Source of the DNA: Octopus sinensis
Lineage: Eukaryota
Direction of reading: 5' to 3'
Length of the DNA: 64,000 nucleotides
Assembly (NCBI RefSeq): GCF_006345805.1
Contig: NC_043019.1
Coordinates: 28,581,360 to 28,645,359 of the forward strand
The notes under the pieces were generated by a model. The model was not told the DNA's origin. It saw only the letters and a program-made list of their open reading frames with translations, and searched no databases. Shown here piece after piece: positions 1 through 12,540 of the stretch (within the stretch, counting starts at the first letter, position 1; every line of letters starts with the position of its first letter). The position numbers were made by a program, and so were the translations under genes.

Positions 1-441
1 GTGAATACAGAGAAGTGGACATTAAAACAATGATGTTGATGACAACGACAATGATGATGACAATGATGATGATAATGTTTGACTTACAGGAGGAAGGGTA
101 GTAACCTTTGACCCACTTCAGGGATCTCCACAACAGGTGATAGGAAATTATCCTCAGCCCAGTAACAACTAGGCCTGAATGCTTGTTAAAAAGCATCAAA
201 GGGGCCCTCAAGTGGTGATGTGAAATTGAGTGACGGATAAAGTCTACCACCCACGAACAAGAATGGAACCTTTTCTACAGGTTTCCATTTTGTCGCCAGC
301 TATTAAATGTCACCCATACATAACTTTGGTCAGCCTCAAGTTATGAAAGAAGGCACTTGGCCACGGTGCAATGCAGTGTGATTGAACCTGAAACCACAGT
401 TGCTAAGGTACAAACCATTCACAGACTTTTTACACTCGAAC

Positions 442-684
442 TCAAAAGGCAGGAATACTGACATCTTCAATTCTACTAAATTTACTCATTACGAAGCAGC
501 AGTTGATCAAATTTTGACAATACATTACTAAATGCTTAAGTGTCTCACTAAGTTTAGGTAAATATAAGGTAAAACACGTACTATCCAGAGAATTCTTGTT
601 ATCAGTGTCACAGTATTGTTCTTTATAAGAAGCTTCGCATTTATTTTCAGCGCCACCAAATACCATCTTGTGAAGCAAGTGTTA
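442..684 (-). other. Candidate exon of a minus-strand transcript, possibly containing a start codon (MVFGGAENKCEASYKEQYC...)
   Basis: Acceptor tttattatttttgtag|taacac at 685-686. ATG at 666 in good Kozak context (caagATGg) opens a 74-codon frame to 442. Another frame ends DGIWWR-TGA at 647 with AATAAA right after. No protein family recognised. Confidence 0.3.
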
Positions 685-1183
685 CTACAAAAATAATAAA
701 TCACTGCAAATTTTAATATAAATATTAATCATAAACCTTACATAAATACCAATACTAATAATATTAAAATTAGTTTTTCTTATGTAAATTCACTGAACAT
801 ATAATAATATTTAATACCATTGGTAAAATGCTAAACTACTAGAAACTAAATTTTATTCTTGTGAAATTATTGTAGTACTCATATATTTTTGTACCATGAC
901 ACAAAACGTATATTGTCACCAATTTTTTACAAAAACCATTATAGAAGACTATGGAATATTAGGTAAAATAATCAAATAATTCTTACTAATAGGAAGTTCC
1001 TTTTCTGGATTATTAGATTTGACTAATTATGAATTCTAGATTAACATAAAACTATGAAACTACTAGGTAGCTATTAGTAAATTATAAAAATAGTTACAAT
1101 AAAAATAGTTATCTATGTTAACTAAGCAATTTGGGTACAAATATTTGTGTATATATAAGAGAGAGAGATACATACATATATAT

Positions 1184-1229
<46 letters not shown>

Positions 1230-1528
1230 ATATATAAAACATATATAATACATATATTATAGACACTATGTATATTATATATAATATATATATATTATAT
1301 AAAGAGAAATAGAGGGAGATAGAGAGAGAGAGAGAAAGATAACAGCAATTAAACTGCTGTTTCGTGCTGTCGTATGTAATTCCAAGTCTGGGTTAGTGAT
1401 TTTTGACACAACTAAAACCTTTTCTAATGCGTTCATAGCAATTATTAACACCCATATAACTTTGAGCACAACAGTACATTTGTAATTGTGTCAAAAAGCA
1501 ATAAGGCGACAGTTGGAAAGGCAATAAA

Positions 1529-1559
<31 letters not shown>

Positions 1560-1958
1560 AATATAGGGGTATAAGAAGAGATGAATAGCAGAGCCAAGGC
1601 TTAAGGGATTGCTGCTGTAATGATAAAAGCATCAGAATGGGTTTTTGTATCGTGTGTAGCTAGTGATATTCTGCAGGAAGCTATTATCCATTCATGACTA
1701 TTATAGTATCACTAACTGCTATAAAGGTGAAATAACGAGTATTAACTAGTGTATCAGGTATCAAAGGAAGTGAAAAGTGGCATAGCTGTACTGGTGCATG
1801 GGAAAGCTGGTTTAAAAATATGCTGCAGTATATTTATGTAGGTGGATACATACAACGCTGTACAAACTGAAGATGATTTTCGTAAGCCTGGTGTGATATT
1901 TATAAGGGAAATATCTGGTAAGAACAAACATATCTTTACTGCATATGGACATATGCAA

Positions 1959-2125
1959 GCACAGGAGTGGCTGTGTGGTAAGTAGTTTGTTTACCAACCA
2001 CATGGTACCGGGTTCAGTCCCACTGCGTGGCACCATGGGTAGGTGTCTTCTACTATAGCCTCGGGCCAACCAAAGCCTTGTGAGTGGATTTGGTAGACGG
2101 AACTGAAAGAAGGCCGTCGTATATA

Positions 2126-2180
<55 letters not shown>

Positions 2181-2385
2181 TTGTCTGTCTGTGTTTGTCC
2201 CTCTAGCATTGCTTGACAACCGATGCTGGTGTGTTTATGTCCCCATCACTTAGCGGTTCGGCAAAAAGAGACCAATAGAATAAGTATTGGGCTTACAAAG
2301 AATAAGTCCCGGGGTCGAGTTGCTCGAGTAAAGGCGGTGCTCCAGCATGGCCGCAGTCAAATGACTGAAACAAGTAAACGAGTAA
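1959..2385 (+). mobile_element. tRNA-derived SINE family A, full length (CORE-like)
   Basis: A box tggctgtgtgg, B box gggttcagtccc, CORE-like ggcaccatgggtaggtgtcttc, central (AT)n/(TG)n, tail ...atgactgaaacaagtaaa. Probably one of the published octopus OK/OR SINEs; assignment not verified. Confidence 0.9.
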
Positions 2386-3600
2386 TATACAGACGTACCA
2401 CACACATACATATATATATACACTTATATATGTACATATATATACATAGACACACATATATAAGCAAGCATGAAAAGTTAACTGAAAAGTTTATTTCTCA
2501 ACTTCACGGCCAAGGTTCCAGTTGCACTGTGAAGTACCTTGCACAAGTCCCTTCTATAGGCCAGTGCTGACCAAAAACTTGTGACTGGATTTGGTAGACA
2601 GAAACTGAAAATGAACCCAGTTGTATCTATACATAACAAACACACACACACAGAGGTTAAAGTAGAAAAGGAGAGGCAAACAATTTAGCAAAACTCGACA
2701 ACTCTCTCTTTTTACTCTTTTACTCGTTTCAGTCATTTAACTATGGCCATGCTGGAGCATCGCCTTTAGTCGAGAAATCGACCCCAGAATAAGCATAGTA
2801 CTTATTCTGTAAAAAAAAAACACCCCAAATGTCTCAAAGAGATATTTGTCTAACCCATGCTAGCATGGGTAAATAGATGTAAAAACAAACAAACAAACAC
2901 ATATACACTCAGAGATATACTTTACACATACATTGATAGCCACATATATGCATATATACACATACCATTTTCATTTGGTCAGGTGACTTGCTCAGACTAA
3001 TGAGTCACATTGGTCTTTCACTAGCTGAATGTCTCATCCGAGTACAACACAGCTACAGGAGTTAGTAGTAGTTCACTAACTGAATTGGGTGACCTAGACT
3101 TGATAAGTTTGTTAACTGTTCATCTGCTCAGCATCTAACGATATTCGCCACTGACTCAATTAGTTCATCTGCTGAAACAGTTCACACCCACCATGCTGCA
3201 TCCCATGATTTCAACATAACCCTGGCTTGGGTGGTTAGCGGGTGCTAGGCCTTGCAAAGCTGCATTTCGGTTTGAAAAATTGTGAAGGTATTAAGATATT
3301 TTTCTTAACATGAAACCAATGGTAGCCTTAATACACAAATAGAGAAATTCTTTCCACCAATGTGGTGTTGAGCACTCATTCTCATGGTTCAACATTTACA
3401 TTATGCGTGTGTGTGTGTGTGTGTGAGTGTGAGTGTGAGTGTGTGTGTGTGTGTATTTGTGCTTGTCCTCCTATCAACACTTAATTTTATAACTGCTGTT
3501 GGTCAGTTTATGCCCCCTGTAACTTCGTGGTTCAGCAAAAGGAGCCGACTGAATCAGTACCAAACCTAAGAAGGAAAAAAAAAAGAAAGAAAGTACTGAA

Positions 3601-4028
3601 GGCGCAGGAGTGGCTGTGTGGTAAGTAGCTTGCTAACCAACCACGTGGTTCCGGGTTCAGTCCCACTGCGTGGCACCTTGGTGCAAGTGTCTTCTGCTAT
3701 AGCCCCGGGCCGACCAATGCCTTGTGAGTGGATTTGGTAGACGGAAACTGAAAGAAGCCTGTCGTATATATGTATATATATATATATATAAGTGTGTGTG
3801 TGTATATGTTTGTGTGTCTGTGTTTGTCCCCCTAGTATTGCTTGACAACCGATGCTGGTGTGTTTACGTCCCCGTCACTTAGCGGTTCAGCAAAAGAGAC
3901 CGATAGAATAAGTACTGGGCTTACAAAGAATAAGTCCTGGGGTCGATATGCTCGACTAAAGGCGGTGCTCCAGCATGGCCGCAGTCAAATGACTGAAACA
4001 AGTAAAAGAGAGAAAAGAGTAAAGAGAA
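3601..4028 (+). mobile_element. SINE family A, full length
   Basis: Same head, microsatellite and tail as 1959-2385; tail ends in aaaagag repeats. Confidence 0.9.
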
Positions 4029-4532
4029 AGTCAACTTGTACCACAAAAACCCTTCAAAGCAGTACTCCAGCATGGCCACAGTCCAATGACTAAAAACAAA
4101 CTAAGGGGGGAAAAGAGAAAGGAATCTACTTCACAACAACAAGGCTGTAACTAACTAATATCAGAAAGCCACATCAAAGACGAGGCTTTGCAATATTTTC
4201 AGGGATAAAATGAAACTATAAAGATGGAGAGATGCACTAACAACACAGAGTGAGATGTCTAACAGCACGATGGCAGGTAGTGGGGAAGCCAGACGTTTAG
4301 GTGCACTGAGGCTAGTTAACAGTATGAACTGAACATCGTTTAAACTGGTGAGATAGTTGGATTGAAGTGGTAGATGTTCTGTTACCTAGGTAACACGCAT
4401 AGTTTTGGAGATAGTGCTAATGATAGCAGAAAAGCTGGGATTCAAGATTGGCGGTGGAAGTTTTAGCAACTGCTAACTTCTATTGGCAAACAACCGATTT
4501 ATCTTTCAGTAAGAAGACGTGTATGTTCTTTG

Positions 4533-4571
<39 letters not shown>

Positions 4572-4754
4572 TGGGTTGAAACATTGACTGTGAGTGTGGT
4601 TCATTAGTTCTTTAAGGATTAGAGAGGAGGGGGTTGAGGAGGCGAGTTCATTAGATCTAAAATTGTTGACATTTTGAAAAATTTTAAACATAAACGAGTG
4701 GAGGAAACAACTACACATTTTGTACATAATGTATGTATGTATATTTATATATGT

Positions 4755-5163
4755 AGGCACAGGAGTGGCTGTGTGGTAAGTAGCTTGTTTACCAACCACA
4801 TGGTTCCGGGTTCAGTCTCACTGCGTGGCACCTTGGGCAAGCGTCTTCTACTATAGCCTCGGGCTGACCAAAGCCTTGTGAGTGGATTTGGTAGACGGAA
4901 ACTGAAAGAAGCCTGTCGTATATATGTACATATATGTATGTGTGTGTATGTTTGTGTGTCTGTGTTTGTCCCCCTAGCATTGCTTGACAACAGATGCTGG
5001 TGTGTTTATGTCCCCGTCACTTAGCGGTTCGGCAAAAGAGACCAATAGAATAAGTACTGGGCTTACAAAGAATAAGTCCCAGGGTCGAGTTGCCCGATTA
5101 AAGGTGGTGCACCAGCATGGCCGCAGTCAAAATGACTGAAACAAGTAAAAGGAGAAAAAAGAG
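4755..5163 (+). mobile_element. SINE family A, full length
   Basis: Collinear match to the other family A copies. Confidence 0.9.
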
Positions 5164-5179
5164 AATATATATATATATA

Positions 5180-5800
5180 TCATCATCATCATCCTTTAAC
5201 GTCCGTTTTCCATGCTAGCATGGGTTGGATGGTTAGACTAGGGTCAGGAAAGCCAGTGGCTGCACCAAGCTCCAATCTGATCTGGCAATGTTTCTACAGC
5301 TGGATGCTCTTTCTAATGCCAACCACTCAGAGTGTAGTGGGTACTTTTTACGTGACACCAGCACAGGAGCCAGTCTGGTGGTCCTGACATCAATCATGTT
5401 CAGATAGTGCTTTTTACATGCCACTAGCACATGAGCCAGTCAGGAGGCACTAGCATCGACCACATTTGGATAGTGCTTTTTATGTGCCACTGGCATGGAA
5501 GTCAATCAGGTGGCCCTGGCATCAATCATGTTCGGATAGTGTTTTTTATGTTCTACTGGTACGAGAGCCGGTCAGGGGGCAATGGCATTGACCACATTCG
5601 GATGGTGCTTTTTACCTGCCACTGGAACAGGAGCCAGTCAGGGGGCACTGGCCACAGCTACAATTTTGGTTTCACTTGACTCAACAGGTCTTCTCAAGCA
5701 TATCATATTGCCTGACGCATCACGTGTACCTTTAAATGGGCCGGACATGCAACACTGGCATCGGCCATGGCTGCGATCTCACTTTAGTTGCCGGGACTTC
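5180..5800 (-). mobile_element. (GAT)n-tailed retroelement family C with internal 66-bp tandem array
   Basis: Plus strand starts catcatcatc-tttaacgtccgttttccatgc (tail on minus) and has the ctggatgc..ttctaatgccaacc motif. The tgctttttac motif recurs at 5342, 5408, 5474, 5540 and 5606. Collinear with 59210-59810. Confidence 0.85.
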
Positions 5801-5992
5801 TCAATCACAGCATATCTCCAATGGTCTCGGTTTCCTGTAATTACCTCAGACATGCAGAAAGTAAATAGACACCTTTAATTTTCAAAATTTCTGATCTAAG
5901 CGTCTTAATGTTTTAAGCGGTGTAGAATTTACAATGTAATTATTCTTTTTCATTCCAGGTGCCATTATATTAAACATTTGCACAGAGTAACC

Positions 5993-6255
5993 ATGCCACG
6001 CATAAAAAATTCAGTAGAACTGTCAGATTTTCAAAGAGGTCATATTGTTGGGCAATCTGAGGCTGGTCTTAGAGAAAAATTGCCGAAAATCTTCAAATTT
6101 CTCTTGCTACTATTAATAGAATTATAGTGCAATTCAAAAGCCAAGGAAAAGAATCAACAGATTCTTGTTCCAGCTGACCTGGACCCTCGGAAAGGAAGCT
6201 TCGCTGTTTGAAAAGAATTGTAGAAAACGAACCCTGTTCGAGGGCTTCTGGCATT
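5993..6255 (+). pseudogene. Tc1-like transposase N-terminal (paired-like HTH) remnant
   Basis: MPRIKNSVELSDFQRGHIVGQSEAGL, then after a frameshift IAENLQISLATINRIIVQFKSQGKE...SERKLRCLKRIVENEP. Frameshift and stop present. Confidence 0.8.
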
Positions 6256-6695
6256 GCAAAACAGAAGTTAATGCATATCTGTGATTGTCCCCAACTACCA
6301 CTTCACAACCATGTGTTGGTGTGTTTATAGCCTCGTAACTTAGCAGTTCAGCAAAAAAAACTGATAGAATAAATACCAGGCTTAAAAAAAAAAATTACCG
6401 GACCAATTCATTCAACTAAAAATTCTTCAAAGTAGTAGTGCCCCAGCATGCCCACAGACTACTGACTGATACAAGACACACACACACAGGAAATTCTGAA
6501 AGGGCAACACCAGACTTTTGCATTGAAAGCTGTACAAATCCCTGAACTTGTCACCACTACATTAAGCCAAATGTCTGGCTACTTCCCATCAAGAGTTAGG
6601 TCCAGATACTGCAAAGGCTTGGAGTTCAAGGGACCACATATTTTGAATACTTTTGAATACTCTACCAAAACAAGAGGTCTTCATACAGTGGGCTG

Positions 6696-6917
6696 TATGA
6701 GGAGGTATGAAAAGTTTCTGGCTTTGGATAAAAGAAAATACAGGTAGATCAGTTAATTATGATATTATTTAACATATTCCCCCTCTCAGATTCACACACC
6801 TATTGCAGTAGGTCCTTCAGTTTTTCTAAGTGCTGGAAAAGAACTCGGAAGTTTGGGCCTCCAACCAGGCCTTTCATGATACTCTTAAAGCCAGTAACTT
6901 TTCAGCAGCCCCTTGCA
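6696..6917 (+). mobile_element. Mariner-derived MITE
   Basis: Ends tatgaggaggtatgaaaagtt and aacttttcagcagccccttgca; collinear with 15605-15824 and 61138-61362. Confidence 0.8.
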
Positions 6918-7360
6918 AATGTATTCAAGAAACAGAAAAACCTAGTCATTCTGTCTAAGATTCCAAATAAATTTATGTCATTGTAAGAAATGCTAATGAG
7001 TAAGGTTGTACCAAAATTTTCCTCAGTCACCAAAAACTAACCACAGAAAGAAGGCTGTTGAAACAGATCCAACAGCAATGGGTGTGCAGTATGGCCACAG
7101 CCCAATTAGTAAAAGTGAGCAAATACATAATTATATGATGTGTATATATATGTATATTAAGAGCAACAATTAAACTGCTTTGTATTATTGGGAGTAATAA
7201 AAAAAAAATAGAATTTAAGAGATTAAGGGAGGTTTGATGAAGATGAGAAAAAAAAAATCAGCTTATGAAAGCAATTCTCTAAATCTTAAATCTTCTTAAT
7301 TTTGTATATGCACAGAAATACTATATTTGTAACCACATTCACACACTGTGCCACACACAC

Positions 7361-7408
<48 letters not shown>

Positions 7409-7898
7409 TGAATATGTATACACCATTTGTGAACTCAAACTATATCTATATTGAAATCTAAAACACAGTTGTTATAATAAGCATATAAAGTATCCTGATT
7501 CCTCTAAGCATTAAAAGCCTCTCGTCGTCATAGTTGTCATCAAGTTCACATCTGTTGCCTCTGACAATGCCCTAAATAGTCTATGCCATTATCAACCTCA
7601 CACTGTCACACCGTTTATCCAAGATCTTATCTGATTACTTTCGATTTTGAGACTTCTTTATCCTGTCTCCAACCACGAAGCAGTTATATTCTACCATCAA
7701 AAAGCATTGTGGCAGTTCTCCCCTACTCACACACCAATCGGTCATCCGTGTGTATTACACATCTAAGGAAATACAAATGACTGAAACATCCAACCCAGTA
7801 AGAGAGGTTTCTAAATCAACATTTTTATCTTCTATCATTTACTTGTTTCAGTCATTGGATTGTGGCCATGCTGGGGCACCACTTTGAAGGATTTAGCC

Positions 7899-8329
7899 CA
7901 GGCCTGGCCAACTCAGATTACATTTTGCTTTCTCATGCTATTATTACAATAATGAAGGAATGATTTCTTCTCTGGATTTGGTTTGCAAGATTCTTTATAT
8001 GAGTTCGGGTGTTGAAGCATATTCTGTTGTGTCTAGGGAGAGTCATTTTCTTTTTGTGCCTTATAATTTAACACACTCACCGGTAAAATTTCCACTTTTT
8101 TCTTATTTTTACTGTCCAGGACATGAATGATTGTTGATTCAACATGAAATATTATCGTTGCATAAACAGTAGTGTCTTTCTTTTTTACTTTTCATTACAA
8201 TCTTTAAATTTTTGATAGAATTTTGAAAATGTTTGTTTAAATAAACCCATTTCAAGAAAGTATTAAGTGGACCACAAGATAAAACTGAGGGCCACATGCG
8301 GCCTGTGGGCCTCAGATTGGCCAGCTCTG
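7899..8329. mobile_element. hAT-type non-autonomous element 1
   Basis: TIRs caggcctggccaac / attggccagctctg; 8-bp TSD atttagcc / gtttagcc. Confidence 0.8.
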
Positions 8330-8337
8330 GTTTAGCC

Positions 8338-8545
8338 CAATGTTTCTCAATTGGGGACCATATGGCCCTTGGGGGATCCTTATAAGATTTTGTTGGTAAA
8401 ATCCACGTGCAACAAACTAGTCACACTTCATACAATATTTTAATTTTCTTTTCATACAACTAAATACTGAATGGCTGTGAGGGTCCACCCATGTAACATA
8501 GGAATCAAAGGGGTCCATCAGCAAAATAATGGTTGAATACCACTG
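8338..8545. mobile_element. hAT-type MITE 2
   Basis: Ends caatgtttctcaa / ttgaataccactg; TSD gtttagcc on both sides. A related decayed copy lies at about 21560-21818. Confidence 0.8.
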
Positions 8546-9483
8546 GTTTAGCCAAACAAATCAACCCCTGTACTTAATTTTATTTTTAAGTCTCTTTTTG
8601 CCAAACTGCCAAGTTACAGGGATGTAAACAAACCAACACTGGTTATCAAGTATTGGTGCAGGGTAAACACATACCTAAACACACATCCTTTTGTTTTTTT
8701 ACTTGTTTCAATCAGACTGTGGCCATGCTGGGGCACTGCCTTGAATTTTAACCTGGTATTTACTCTATTAGTCTGTTTAGCTGAACCACTAAGTTACAGG
8801 GATGTAAACACACCAACACCAGTTGTCAAGCAGTCGAGGGAGACAAACACAGACACAAAGACACACACACATATATACAATGGGCTTCTTTCAGTTTCCA
8901 TCAATCAAATCCACTCACAAGGCTTTGTTGGCCCGAGGCTATTGTAGAAGACACATGCTCAAGTACCACACTGCAGGACTGAACCCAGAACCATGTAGTT
9001 GGGAAGCAAACCTCTTAACACACAGTATACACCTATAAAATTAATCATCCTTTTGTAGTCCAGTATCCCACTTCAGCCCTTGATGAGGATTTTCATTCCC
9101 AGTAGCCACTAAAATGAAGACAAGCATCACAAACCAGGGAGAGGGAGGGAACAATTCTTCGTCGCCAGCTAGAAACAACAATTATATCTCCTCAAATTGC
9201 ATGCAAGCATTCTAAAAATAGAAAGGATACACCAGATAATGTAGTCCAGAATATACAATGCTTAAATAAAAGACAGGCTGGTCAAGGCAAAAATGCAGAC
9301 CGCAGGCTAAGCAATTTCAACTCTATCAATCTCTGAGTTATAACTTATACATAATTTCCAATCAATGTGATATTAATCCCTTGACAGACATCATGCAACA
9401 AAACTTTCAACTAGAAGACTTTCCCAGTGGACAAGACAGTTCATTGATCTTTTATTTATATATAAATATACATACACATATCT

Positions 9484-9596
9484 GGAGGCACAATGGCCCA
9501 GTGGTTAGGGCAGCGAACTCGCGATCGTAGGATCGTGGTTTTGATTCCCAGACCGGGCGTTGTGAGTGTTTATTGAGCAAAAAAACCTAAAGCTCC
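9484..9596 (+). mobile_element. Truncated tRNA-derived SINE head (family D)
   Basis: ggaggcacaatggcccagtggttagggcagcgaactcgcgatcgtaggatcgtggtttgattccc has A/B boxes and a tRNA-like layout; cut off by (AT)n and a family A copy. Confidence 0.7.
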
Positions 9597-9620
9597 AATA
9601 CATATATATATATATATATG

Positions 9621-9655
<35 letters not shown>

Positions 9656-9658
<3 letters not shown>

Positions 9659-10020
9659 CACAGGCGTGACTGTGTGGTAAGTAGCTTGTTTACCAACCAC
9701 ATTGTTCCAGGTTCAGTCCCACTGAGTGGCACCTTGGGCAAGTGTCTTCTGCTATAGCTTCAGGTCGACCAAAGCCTTGTGAGTGGATTTGGTAGACTGA
9801 AACTAAAAGAAACCTGTCATGTGTGTGTGTGTGTTTGTTCCCCCACCATGGCTTGACAACCGATGTTGGTGTGTTTACATCCCCGTTAACTTAGTGGTTC
9901 GGCGAAAGAGACCAACAGGATGAATACTAGGCTTACAAAGAATAAGTCCTGGGGTCGATTTGTTCGACTAAAGGCGGTGCTCCAGCATGGCCGCAGTCAA
10001 ACAACAGAAACAAGTAAAAA
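9656..10020 (+). mobile_element. SINE family A
   Basis: Head, microsatellite and tail present. An inverted family A head follows immediately (10035-10190, minus). Confidence 0.85.
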
Positions 10021-10372
10021 AAATAAAAGAATACAGGATGCTTCTTCCAGTTTCTCTTTACCAAATCCACTCACAAGGCTTTGGTCGGCCTGAGGCAATA
10101 ATAAAAGACACTTGCCCAAGGAGCCACACAGTGGGACTGAACACAGAACCATGTGGTTGGCAAGCTTCTTAACACACAGCCACACCTAGCTATGTTTCCA
10201 TAGTATTAACCAGATGAGAGGTAACCTCACACCTAGATATGATACGTGTGACAGAGGTAGCTTTTCCCTTAATGCAAAAGCAACATATCCTTTGTCAACT
10301 TTATCATATTACAAGTCTAAAGAGAGAGAAACCTCTAAATTGGATTGCGGCGGATGGTGGGGGTATTAGTAC

Positions 10373-10416
10373 CTGGAGCCAACTGCAAGCACGCAAGAAG
10401 CTGTGATGCATCTGTT
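10373..10416 (-). other. Candidate 44-nt exon
   Basis: Minus strand: cttcattattttattttcag|aacagatgcatcacagcttcttgcgtgcttgcagttggctccag|gtacta. Strong acceptor and GT donor around non-repeat sequence. Confidence 0.55.
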
Positions 10417-10959
10417 CTGAAAATAAAATAATGAAGCTTTGATTTCACAGATTCATAAATATAACTAATATTAAATTACTGTTTTAGTCTTCACGCTTAA
10501 TCTGAAGGGGGGGGGGTGTTTGGGGATAAGGGTGTGTCTTGTTTTTGTTTTGTCTTTGGTTTGTTTGTTTTTTGTTATGTCATATGGGTTTCCAAAGAAC
10601 ACTGCATTGGCAAATGATTTCAAATTTGAATGAAGATGAGGGTTCCTCACTCCTGGTTTGTGCAATTGTTCACCTTACTAGAAATACCAGCCAACTCTCT
10701 CCCTCTCTCTCTCTAGTCTCACTTCACCCACTCAACAAATACAGTCTCTAATATACAAAAATTAGTGGTTGGAATGTCTTTGCTAATTGGTCTGCTCCAT
10801 TAGAGCTGACCGAAGGCTAAACAGCAACAAAAGCAAAGCAGCTTGTGGAACTTCAAAGCTGTTAAATGGCTTGGCTAATTAACAGTTAAGTTGTTGGTCA
10901 GCCTTCCACGAGTCCTGAACAAACAGCTTGCGGTCGTTACTATCTATCCCTTCTTTTTT

Positions 10960-11495
10960 CATCATTTAACTTTTAATATGTTTCAGTCTCTGGAATGTGG
11001 CCAAGCTGGGGCACTATCTTGAAGGGTTTAGTCAACCCCCAATACTTATTTTAAGTCTGGAACATATTCTACCATCCTCATTTTATTGAACCACTAAAAT
11101 ACAAGGATGTAAACAAACCAGTTCTGGCTGGTGAAAGACAAACACGGAAACACACACATGCATACACAGAAACACACACATGCATACACAGAAACACACA
11201 CATGCACGCACACAATGGGTTCCTTTCAGTCTCCATCAATCAAATCCACTCACAAGGCTTTAGCCAGCCTGAGACCATAGTAGAAGACACTTGCTCAAGG
11301 TTCCATGTTTGTCCCCCCCAACATCGCTTGACAACCGATGCTGGTGTGTTTACGTCCCAGTAACTTAGCGGTTCGGCAAAAGTGACCAATAGAATAAGTA
11401 CTAGGCTTACAAAGAATATGTCCTGGGGTTGATTTACTCGACTAAAGGTGGTGCTTCAGCATGGCCGCAATCAAATGACTGAAACAAGTAAAGGA
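10960..11495. mobile_element. Family A-type minus copy (10960-11308) fused to a plus-strand family A tail (11309-11495)
   Basis: Junction caaggttccatg|tttgtccccccaacatcgcttgacaacc. Confidence 0.75.
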
Positions 11496-11889
11496 GTGCT
11501 ACACCAGCTTTTATGCCAGAAAATACAGTAAACTCTTGGCCATTGACTCCAAAACACTCATAACAGGATATATGGCTCTGACCAATCAACTGGCTTCTTT
11601 AATATCCTAGAAACTTAGGCATTCGATATCTCATTGAGGAAAATAACTTGTCATTATCTAAACAATACAATGAACTATAAGATGATCAAATGAAGATGAA
11701 GTAAATGTCACACACATATGGAAAAAATATCAATACTATGAAATATATTAATGAGTTCAACTCATTGCAGCATGAAATAAGTGGACAAAAAAATAATAAA
11801 TAAAGATTATAATATATTTTTTTTGAGATTCTAAAATACTTCAGTTTTAAATAGATTCAGTCTGACATATTTACAAAGATGTATTTCAC

Positions 11890-12125
11890 CATCATCATCT
11901 ACATCGTTTTAACATCCACTTTTCCATGCTTGCATGGGCTGGATGCAGTTTGTGGAGGAAAATTTGCTACAGCCAGATGCCCTTCCTGTTATCAACCCTC
12001 ACCTGTTTCCAAGCAAAGTAATGTCCCCATGGTCAGACATGTGTCCTTGCAGTAGATTGGAAATGAATAACACTGTTTGCATGAGAGAGACAATAATTTT
12101 ACAACTATCACATGATGTCAGGACA
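11890..12125 (-). mobile_element. Family C variant (C2), (GAT)n-tailed
   Basis: gatgcccttcctgt..aacc..cacctgtttccaag motif shared with 18560-18750 (minus) and 40310-40435 (plus). Confidence 0.7.
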
Positions 12126-12154
12126 TATATACACATACATACATACATACATAT

Positions 12155-12540
12155 TCTTTTACTTGTTTCTGTCATTTGACTTCAGCCATGCTGGAGGACC
12201 ACCTTAAAGAGCTTGTTAGTTAATGAAATCGACCCCAGGACTTATTCTTTGTAACCCTAGTACTTATTTTATCAGTCTCGTTTGCTTAACTGCTAAGTTA
12301 TGGGGACTTAAACACACAAACATTGGTTGCCAAGTGATGATGGGGAGACAAACAGACACAAAGACACACACACACACATAAATATAAACAATAGGCTTCT
12401 TTCAGTTTCCATCTACCAAATCCACTCACAAGGCTTTGGTTGGCCTGAGGCTATAGTAGAAAACACAAGGTGCCATACAGGGGGACTGAACCTGGAACCA
12501 TATGGTTGGGAAACAAGCTTCTTACTACACAACCACACCT
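12155..12540 (-). mobile_element. SINE family A, diverged
   Basis: Reverse-complement tail, (CA)n and head. Confidence 0.8.

Noticed and set aside
1812-2570. Recurrent ORFs such as MSSNARGTNTD... and ...VSVYQIHSQGFG...
   Set aside because: Translations of SINE A and its microsatellite, not genes.
5431-5679. 22-aa repeat ORFs here and at 59366-59751
   Set aside because: By-product of a 66-bp repeat lacking stops, antisense to the host element; no coding evidence.
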